Positions 1 to 8,654 of a stretch of DNA of 64,000 nucleotides are shown one piece after another. Position 1 is the stretch's first letter, and each line of letters opens with the position of its first letter. Below the pieces are notes generated by a model. That model was given only the letters and a program-made list of their open reading frames with translations, was not told where the DNA came from and ran no database searches. This DNA comes from Paragordius varius (taxonomy: Eukaryota > Animalia > Nematomorpha): positions 12,338,001-12,402,000 of the forward strand of contig OZ176052.1 in assembly GCA_964247055.1 (NCBI GenBank), read 5' to 3'. Made by a program: the position numbers and the translations under genes.

Positions 1-56
1 GATAATATAAAAATTCCATATTCGATATGTCTATTCGCACAGGAATTTATTAACAG

Positions 57-227
57 AACGCTACGGTCGAAGCGTCTCAACTGTCCCAGAGCTACGAGTT
101 ATCCAACATCTTTTATAATAACAATGTGATTGCCATTGTGAAATATAAAATTGAGCTTGGTATTAATTCGTCTGTGGGTAGACTCGGAGCCTATGTCAAT
201 CCAATAAAGTTTTGGGAATTTAATTAA
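57..227 (+). CDS. Possible terminal coding exon of a gene lying upstream of the window (unidentified)
   Basis: Acceptor-like tttattaacag at 46-56, then 56 open codons (NATVEASQLS...RLGAYVNPIKFWEFN) ending TAA; no family recognised. Confidence 0.25.
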   Translation, partial: NATVEASQLSQSYELSNIFYNNNVIAIVKYKIELGINSSVGRLGAYVNPIKFWEFN

Positions 228-477
228 AAAATCTCAAAATTATTTATCCCCCGCATAGCTTACTCTGGGTTATGGTATAACAAGCACAAATATAATAGAA
301 AGATACACATTTTTATAAATAAATGCCTACATGGCACCTTTTGCAATATAATCTCCCCTTTATAGAAATCACAACTTCCTACCTGTCACATCCACATAAA
401 CCTTGATACATCCCATAAGGTTGACCAGCCCTTTAGCTTAGTGGTTCCTTAAAGAAAAAGTAAACTATTGAATTCGC

Positions 478-1300
478 ATGGGTCTACAGATTTAAAATTG
501 CTTTATCATTATATTAAAGACCTGTTTTCACCCTAAGTGGTAAGTTAACCGGTAATTTAAAAACTTAGTCAATGAATTCAAAACAGTGTAAAAAATATAC
601 TCTTGAGCTTTCATGGCCTACACGCTTCCATAAAATTACTTCCACGTCAATATTTAACCATAGCCCCTATTTTCACACTCAACTAAGCTAACTTGAAAGG
701 CTAATTTTAAAAAATGGCTCAGTCACTTTCGGCGCAATTGTTAAACAATAAAAATCATGCCAGGCCCACACCTTTTCCGGGGTCGTGTTTCAAGGCCAAA
801 AATCATCAAAAAAAATATTTTTACATGGGCGGTGCGGAACTGAGGGGCTAATCTCAAAAAATGAGTTAGTCACCCTCGGTGCATTTGTTATAAAAAGTAC
901 ACAATTGAAACAGACTGCGCCTACACGCTTTACGGGAAAATCTTCAGGAGCTGGACAGAATGGCAAATTATAAAAAATGGCTTAATCACCCTCTTCGCAA
1001 TTGCAAAACAATATAAAAAATAGGCCATTCAATTTACATGGGCCTACATATTTCAAACTAATCTTCAACCTCAATTTATCTTAAACCCATATTTTCACAG
1101 TAAATGGGCTATATTGAGGGAATATTAAAAAGCTAACTAACTATGCCCATTCGGAATACGCCAAAGCCAATAATTCTTGCTTTTTTCATAAGTCTAGGGC
1201 TAAAATGTGGGCTTAATTAAAAAAGCGCTTAGTCATATTCAGCTCATTTGTAAAGCTTTAAAAAAGTATTGAAATTGAATACACGTTTTCTGGAAATGTT
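478..1300. repeat. Degenerate tandem repeat, ~120-155 bp units; resumes at ~2380-2520 after the MITE insertions
   Basis: Recurrent GG(G)CCTACAC-like motifs at ~478, 613, 762, 917, 1040 and AAAAATGGCTYAGTCA-like motifs at ~711, 858, 973, 1220, 2430. Confidence 0.5.
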
Positions 1301-1303
1301 TAT

Positions 1304-2375
1304 CCCAGACTAAATTCAAGTTAGAATTTTTAAAAACTACTGAAGGAAACGGTCCTAATTTAAATTTATGCTGCTATATTTATATAAATTATATAAATAT
1401 TCTAAAATATCTATTTAAAATTTTGTTTGAAAATAAAGTTCAGTGTCCAACTACTTCGACGCCATTTTTATTTTATAAAATTTTTGCAAAATATCGTCCA
1501 TTTAACACTTGGATACAACACAATCATTTTAGTCCTTCGATTCAAATTGGGGTAGTTGGATAGCCCAAGTCTGTTTAAAATTAAATACTTTAAAAATTAT
1601 GGATATAGAAACCATGGCAAAATTTTGCACTTATATGACATTAATAAACCGGAATATATAAAAAACTTTTTTCAAAAATACTTGTTATTACTTATTTTAA
1701 GGCAAAACCCAAATGTAAAAATTTAGTCAACGTGACATGTGTGCATTGGTTAAATTTAAAAATAATACAAAAAACCATTTTTTCTATTTATATCTATGTT
1801 AGATGTGATTTAAATAGTAAATTATCTTTAATTAAGCCCTGAAAAATAAATAACAACGATATTTTGCAAAATAAAAATGGCGTCGTTTGGCATGGAACTT
1901 TTTTTCGAAACAAATTTTTATTAAAATATTTTAGCTTATTTATATAATTTTTTTAAGATAGCAGCATAAATTTAAATTAGGACCGTTTTTTCAATTTTAA
2001 ATTAGTCTGGGATATTTAGATACCCCAATTTGAATCGAAGTGTTAATTATAAGGGTAAAAATTAAGCTAATTTTATATTTAAATTACTACATTGATAGAA
2101 ATAGAAAAAGAGGGTTATTTTGCATTATTTTTTAAATCCATTTCACACATCTCACATTATTTTTACTTTTTGGTTTTAACTTAGAATGAGTAACATCAAT
2201 TATTTTTGAATGAATTTTTTATATATTTCGGTTTTTTAATGTTATATAAGTGCAAAATTTCGCCATGGTTTCGATTCCTTCCATATTTTTAAATAATTTA
2301 ATTTTAAACAGTCCTGGGGTATCCAACTACCCCACTTGGATCGAAGGACTAAAATAAAAGTGCTGTATCCAAACG
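1304..2375 (-). mobile_element. piggyBac-like MITE copy A (one end truncated), interrupted by copy B
   Basis: Colinear with the intact reverse copy at 22580-23159 once 1506-2046 is removed; ends ...GTATCCAAACG followed by TTAA (2376-2379). Confidence 0.8.
1506..2042 (+). mobile_element. piggyBac-like MITE copy B (intact, TTAA TSD)
   Basis: TTAA(1502-1505)-CACTT...AAGTG-TTAA(2043-2046); subterminal inverted repeats CTTCGATTCAAATTGGGGTA. Confidence 0.9.
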
Positions 2376-3156
2376 TTAAACTAAAATCTTAGGTTCCATT
2401 TTTACGACCGGATTTTTACACGGGGTCCTAAAAAAGGCTTAGTCATTGTGGGCGTATTAAATGATTAAATGCTTTTTTAATCGGAATGGGCTTATCCGTT
2501 TTCCCCAAGCATAACTCGAAGTCTTATTGCATAAATATATATAGAGGTTTTTAAAACTATCTTTTTAAAAACTTACTTGTTTATAAAAAAAACAATGTAT
2601 CATAATATTAAACTTGGATACAACAGATTCATTTTAATCCTTCGATTCAAATTGGGGTAGTTAAATACCCCAGGCCTGTTTAATTTAAAAAATATGGAAG
2701 TAATCGATATCATGGCAAAATGTTGCACTTATCTAACATTAATAAACCGTAATATATAAAAATTTTAATCAAAAATACTTGATATTACTTATTTTAAGCT
2801 AATACCGAAAGTTAAAAATTTAGTCAACCTGACATGCGTGCAATAAAATTGAAAAATAATACAAAATAAACAGCTTTTTTATTTCTATCAATGTTAGATG
2901 TAATTTTAACAAAAAATTAGCTTTAATTTTATTCTTAAAATTTATTATAGACGATATTTTGCAAAAATTTTGTAAAATAAAAATGGCGTCGAAGTAGTTT
3001 GACATGGAACTTTTTTTGAAAAACAAAATTTTATTTAGATATTTTGGCATATTTATATAATTTTAATTAGGATAGTATAAATTTAAATTGGGACCGTTTC
3101 CTTTAGTAGTTTTTTAAAAATCCTAACTCAAATTTAGTCTGGGGTATTTAGACACC

Positions 3157-3391
3157 TGATGGAAGTAAGGTTATATAACACAGAATAATAGAAGTAAAGA
3201 TATAATAAACAGAAATTTATTAAAATATCACAAATTAAAACATGTGTGTGTAATATATAATACAGCAATTATATACTAGGTATTTTGCTTGAAGCTACAA
3301 TTAACATTAACTAGGTGTATCACAAAGAGTTATAATTGTTTACAATTATATAGGTGCGTCTGTGTCTGCGACAGTAGGATCTAACTTAACA
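3157..3391 (-). repeat. 3' LTR (235 bp)
   Basis: TG...CA ends (TGTTAAG...CCATCA on minus); roughly 90-93% identical by eye to 7626-7862. Confidence 0.95.
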
Positions 3392-3435
3392 TCACTCTTT
3401 CCCTGTCCTTGATATATATGTGGTGGTTGTCGGAT

Positions 3436-3750
3436 TCATGTAGGGTATCGCCGTTCTGTATGAGTGTCAGTGGTAGGTGCTATAGTGGGTGTTTGTTGGG
3501 ATGGCAACTCAATGATGGGTTCCGAGGGTTGAGGCGGATGTAAGGTCGGGTCTTCGGTCGTGGCAGTAGGGTACCTAACATATAGGTCATGCGATGGTGG
3601 AGTTTCTTCGTATGAAATTGTCTTACCCATTATTCTTTCGCCTCCTTCCCTTGGTCTCAGTTGGTCTGCGTGTTTTCGGATGATTTTGTTATCATCTTGT
3701 ATTTCATATGAGAGTAATCCGAATCGTTTATTTACAATTCCTTCTCGCCA
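3436..3750 (-). pseudogene. Gypsy integrase C-terminal segment
   Basis: WREGIVNKRFGLLSYEI...RKHADQLR motif and Pro/Thr-rich tail ending RRYP, typical of Mag-like integrase ends. Confidence 0.8.
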
Positions 3751-4458
3751 TCGATTGTCCATGGCTTTTCGCGATTCGGTCGACGTCTGCTTTTTGGATA
3801 TTAGTAGAACACACCAAAACCATCAAATACATATTATTTATTTATACTTTAGGGATATGGATGATTCCTTATTTGTAAAGAGTGCAATCCAAGGAGGCTT
3901 ACCCTTATGAAGTTTTTGGATACGAATTCTTTTTTAATAAAAGTTGAGTCACCCGTAAAACTTCAGTTGTTTAGAGGAACAGTACCTATGCCACAGGAAA
4001 ATCAAAGATAAGGACCTTTTTCTACTATATTTTTAATAATCTTTTAACCAAATATTCTTATAAATTTTATTTGGGTTATCGTCTGCTCGGTTAAATTATT
4101 ATTGTTTTTTTGTCGTTAACGTATTTTATTAAAATTATTGTTGTCGCTTATCAACAACTCTATTAATATCAAACCTCTGTTCCAAAAATCAAACAATAAT
4201 GTCCTTTCCAAAGCGCAGGGTATGTACGGTATTTTTTTAATTCCTTTTTTTTCTAATAGCAAATTTAATTATACTAAATTACAGTAAAAAATAAAATCAC
4301 AATAATATTTTATATACATACATATATATACATCCTAAAAATTATATTAGAAAAGTTTTAAAAGGTTTTTTTCAAATACTTATATAGCTCACGGTACTCT
4401 GACAATTGGTTCACCAATTGTACGAAGGGGTGTACCCCGAGCTATTGTCATTGTCATG

Positions 4459-5100
4459 TCCTTCTCGCCAACCATTCGATAGTTCATTTTTTATGTATAC
4501 TTTTTTGTTTTCATGGTATTCGTGATTAGGTTGTACATCGTCTAAGAAGTCTGTTTGTTTATATTGTAGCCATGTGATTGGATTGGGTAGGGTACGTTTT
4601 AGGAAAAGTTGAGCGGGACATGTATTTGTAGCACTGTGTATGTTAGTGCGGTATCCCCAAAGCGTGTTATTTATTTGAGAATGTGGGTCATCGTCTTTTG
4701 CTGACCAATAATGTGTTTTTAGGGTATATATTGCTCGTTCCACCATTCCGTTAGTTTTTGGATGATAGGGAACTGATGTTACATGTTTAATGTTTCCCGT
4801 TTCCATGACTTTTTTAAACTCCTCAGATGTAAAGTAAGACGCGTTGTCAGTTACTATCATTCTTGGAGATCCATATCGACTGGAAACATTCGTCTAAGAA
4901 ATTTAAGATATTTTTGGTCGATATCATTTTCTATAGTTTAACCTCGACCCATCGAGAATAACTGTCAATATATCCAATAATAATTGTCTATCGGGCCTGC
5001 TATATCTAGATGTAATCTCTCCCATATTGCTGTATTCGTGTTCTAATTGTATGTGGGATTCAGTTTTCGCATCGGACGGTTTTCTTGGCACTTTTTACGC
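4459..5100 (-). pseudogene. Gypsy integrase core (frameshifted)
   Basis: IVTDNASYFTSEEF...SVPYHPKTNGMVER (DDE core); ends at KKVYIKNELSNGWREG where the foreign insert starts. Confidence 0.9.
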
Positions 5101-7044
5101 GTATCTACCCACTTTTTTATAATGCTTTCCATATTGTGCCAAAAGACTATTTGTTTTGCTTGTTCGTACATTGCTTTGAATCCGGGGTGTCCGACGTGTA
5201 ATAATTGTAAGATTGAATGGATGTAATATTTTATTGGACCAGTTGTTTGTTCTTAGTGCCCTTATTAGCTGTTTTAATACAGGGTCGGTTTCGGTCTGGC
5301 TTCTAATATGGTTACGTTTTATATTGAATAGATTACTATTGACTAATCTTACATGTTCTGCTGTTTGAAAGCTTTCTGTGTCTTGTTGTTGTGGTTCTGT
5401 CGGCATGCGGGACAATGGATCTGCAATTTTCGTGATTTTTAATGTACCTTAGATTGTAATTAAATTCGCTAGCATTATATATCCAACGTCGTAGCTTGGA
5501 ATTATTTATTTGGTCTAATTTACGATTATTTCGAAACAGCCTTATTAGTGGTTTGTGATCAGTACGCAGTTCAAACTTCTTCCCCGTAATGAACGTTCTA
5601 AATTTTTTTAAAAGCGAAAAGTATGGCTTGTGATTCCTTTTCTATCACTGAATAATTTTCTTCGTAGACCACTTTCTAGATGCGTAGGCAATGGGTTTAT
5701 TTATGCCTGCGTGGTCTGTAGTAACACTGCTCCGTACCCTTTATTCGAGGCGTCTGTTTCGATTATTATAGGTAGCCCAGGGTTGAACGGAATTAGTTTA
5801 ACAGTATGACATCTGTTAAAACAGTCCTCGTGGTTTTTGGTTCATATCCAGGGTTTTTTATAACTGCTTAGGTCGTGAAGTATAGCCAATCTTCTGAATT
5901 TCGGGAGGAATCGTGTGTGAAAATTTATTAAGCCTAAGAAGGACTTGAGTGTTGTTTTATCAGTGGGTCTTGGGAAGTCTTGTATGGCTTTAACTTTATG
6001 GGCAGCTGTTGATATGCCGTTTTTTGATATAACATATCCCAAATAACTTACAGAAGGTTGAAAAAGTTTTAGTTTGCTTTTACTTAATTTTAAACCAGAA
6101 TCGTCTAAACACTTAAATACCTCTAAGTTTCTTTTATATTCGTTTCGGTTTTTTCCTGTTATTAAAATATCGTCTAAATATACAGCTGTTCCTGGGCAGT
6201 CACTTAAAATCTTATCCATTAATCTTTGAAAAATGCAGGGGGCGCTTGTTAGGCCAAAGGGAAGTAAGCCTTTCATATTAAAATACACTAGGGGCGTGGT
6301 AATTGTTAATAACTTTTGACTTTCTTGATCTATTGGCAATTGTAGATATGCGTCTTTCGAATCGATTACCGAAAATGATCCCAATCCTATTTTGGAAATT
6401 AATTCGTCAAATGTCGGTATATTATGACTGTCATCTACTAGATGTGGATTTATTGTAACACGATAATTTGCACATAACCTTAGAGAACCATTCGCTTTTG
6501 TTATACAAACAATAGGGGTGGCCCAGGTTAGTTTCTCAGTCGTAGGGTCTAATGGTTTGATTATGTCCGCTTCTAAAAGTCTCTTAATTTCAGAGTCGAC
6601 TTTTTCTTTTAACGGTATCGGGATGCGGCGACACTTAAAAATTTTTGGTTTTGTATTGTTTTTTAAAAAATGTTTGATAGGGATTCCCGTGAAACACCCT
6701 AACTTTTCACAAAAAAGTGAATTAAATTTATTAACAAGTGAATTTTGCTCAAATGTATTAATATTAAAACATTTACAACAATTTATCAACTGTTTTATGG
6801 CATTCGAGAATTCTTGTAGCCAATCCCAACCAAGAATTGCTGGGGCCTTCTTGCCGCTTACAACCATACGCGCCAAAGATTTTGTTTCACCATCGCATTG
6901 TACCGTGACCATACAACTACCCTTGGAATTGATTCTTTCACCATAGCTATACAAATCTGGGCCTGTTTGTTGCACGGGCTTCCCAATTTTTTCCCACGCT
7001 TGGCAATCGATTATAGATACGCTTGAACCTGTGTCTATAATCAT
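5100..7044 (-). pseudogene. Gypsy pol: aspartic protease, reverse transcriptase, RNase H (broken by stops/frameshifts)
   Basis: ORF 5842-7044 has IDTGSS (protease), WATPIV, LPFGL and YLDD (RT), FLGLINF; the degenerate RNase H and linker continue to ~5100. Confidence 0.95.
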
Positions 7045-7099
7045 GTGTATTGGCTTGCCATTTATTATTATTGCTATCTTGGCTCCAAATTCAACATGC

Positions 7100-7600
7100 T
7101 GAACGTTGCTAATCCTTTTCTTCTTACAGCACGGTTAGAAGTGATTCCAGCCTTAGCACTTATAACATTGTTTGCCCCAAGCTGGGCATCTGCCGGGTGC
7201 ATGACCTAACCCGCAGAATCGACACATGTTTTGGTATTTCCGAACTGTAGTCTGCAATATCTGGCCATCTATTGTTGTTAGTTGATGTGATTTTTTATAG
7301 TTGAGGGCAATGTCTACCACTTGTTTGAGCGTTACAGCTTCGTTTCCCCACATATGCATCGGGGAATCTAGTGAATAGATCTAGTTCTAATTTTTCCACT
7401 CCCAGGCCTGCAATGAACACGTCGCGCATTTTTTCATCGATGTCGAGCTTGAAGTTGCATTTTGCGGCTTCGGTTTTCTCGTAACAGAAATTCCTTAAAT
7501 GTTTCATTTTCTTTCCGACGGAGTTTTACGAAATTGAATCTGGCCTGGAATATGTTTGTCTATTCGATTTGTAGATTTTCCTGCCGGCTTCAATGATGTC
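7100..7600 (-). pseudogene. Gypsy gag remnant with CCHC zinc knuckles
   Basis: CNF...KMRDVFIAGL and CRFCGLGHAPGRCPAWGKQCYKC in two frames; N-terminal gag appears short or deleted. Confidence 0.85.
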
Positions 7601-7625
7601 CGGCCAGGAGGTATTATCGCGCCAA

Positions 7626-7862
7626 TAATGGAAGTAAGGTTATATAACACAGAATAATAGAAGTAAAGATATATTAAATAGAAATTTATTAAAAAAGCAG
7701 ATATCAAAACATGTGTGTGTAATATTATAATACAGCAATTATATACTAGTTATTTTGCCCGAAGCTACAATTAACATTAACTAGGTGTATCGCAAAGAGT
7801 CATAATTGTTTAGAATTATATAGAGGTGCTCTGTGTCTGCGAGAGTAGGATCTAACTTAACA
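7626..7862 (-). repeat. 5' LTR (237 bp)
   Basis: Direct repeat of 3157-3391; followed on minus by the PBS-like TTGGCGCG. Confidence 0.95.
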
Positions 7863-8069
7863 ACACCCCAATTTGAATCGAAGTGTTAACCTAAAATTCT
7901 AAGGTTATTTTATATTATTTTGTGTAAACACTATTTCACAGATAATTAAAAATTTTGTTTAATTATGAAGATCATTCGTAATTATAATAATAAATTTATA
8001 AAACACTATTATCAGAAAATTTTGATGAAAAAGATAATTTGAAAATCAGATGCGACATAAGAATCACAA

Positions 8070-8565
8070 TAACTGGGATACACGACATTTATTTCTGACT
8101 TCGATTCATATTGGGGTAGTTGAATACCAGGCCTGATTATTAAATACTTTAATAAATATAAAAGGTATCAAAACCATAACAAAACTTTGCACCCATATAA
8201 CATTGATAATCCGGAATATATTAAAAATTTTATTAAATACTTTATATTTCTTTTTTTAGAAACCCAAAGATAAAAATTTGGTCAATGTAACATATGTGCG
8301 TGGCTAAATTGAATAATAATACAAAATAAACCACTTTTTCTATTTCCATCAATTTTAAATGTAATTTAAATAAAAAACAGCAAGGGACGTCTTTTGTGGA
8401 CAGTGGCGACATGGGTTTGCTACACCCTTTTCTTGTTACACCTTGATAAATTATTTTAGGATATAAGCATAAATTTAATTGGGAATGTTTTCTTCAGTAG
8501 CTTCTTAGAAATATTAATTTAATTTTTTTCTGGGGTATTTAGATACCCCAATTTAAATTGTGGTG
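8070..8565 (+). mobile_element. piggyBac-like MITE copy D (older, internal segment replaced by a short retroposon-like piece)
   Basis: Degenerate left end CTGGGATACACGAC...CTTCGATTCATATTGGGGTAG; right end GGGGTATTTAGATACCCCAATTT...GGTG-TTAA. Confidence 0.8.
8378..8447 (+). repeat. Short GC-richer interspersed repeat, 5'-truncated copy (second copy 59875-60013)
   Basis: 67/70 nt identical to 59944-60013; same 3' end (TACACC-repeat tail). Confidence 0.85.
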
Positions 8566-8654
8566 TTAATGTTTGCAGATAGTCACTGATGTTATTAAAA
8601 TTACAGCTGAAAGTCATTGTACTTTTTCATAAGCCACTAATGATATGAGGCCTA

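Larger units (their letters stand above)
3157..7862 (-). mobile_element. Gypsy/Ty3 LTR retrotransposon (Mag-like), degenerate, 5-bp TSD ACACC
   Basis: Direct LTRs 3157-3391 and 7626-7862; ACACC at 3152-3156 and 7863-7867; PBS-like TTGGCGCG after the 5' LTR; PPT GGACAGGGAAAGAGTGA before the 3' LTR; order gag-PR-RT-RH-IN. Confidence 0.95.
2612..7885 (+). mobile_element. piggyBac-like MITE copy C, split by the Gypsy element (2612-3156 and 7863-7885)
   Basis: Starts TTAA-ACTTGGATACAAC; removing 3157-7862 and one ACACC restores GGGGTATTTAGACACCCCAATTTGAATCGAAGTG-TTAA. Confidence 0.9.

Noticed and set aside
2820-3050. ORFs 2820-3050 and 32253-32438 with similar translations
   Set aside because: The similarity comes from both lying inside MITE copies; low-complexity AT-rich frames with no transposase motifs.
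3560-3910. Plus-strand ORFs 3560-3910, 6518-6946, 15592-15873, 16517-16708, 17744-17965 and 18459-18668
   Set aside because: Antisense shadows of Gypsy or LINE coding sequence; no independent motifs.
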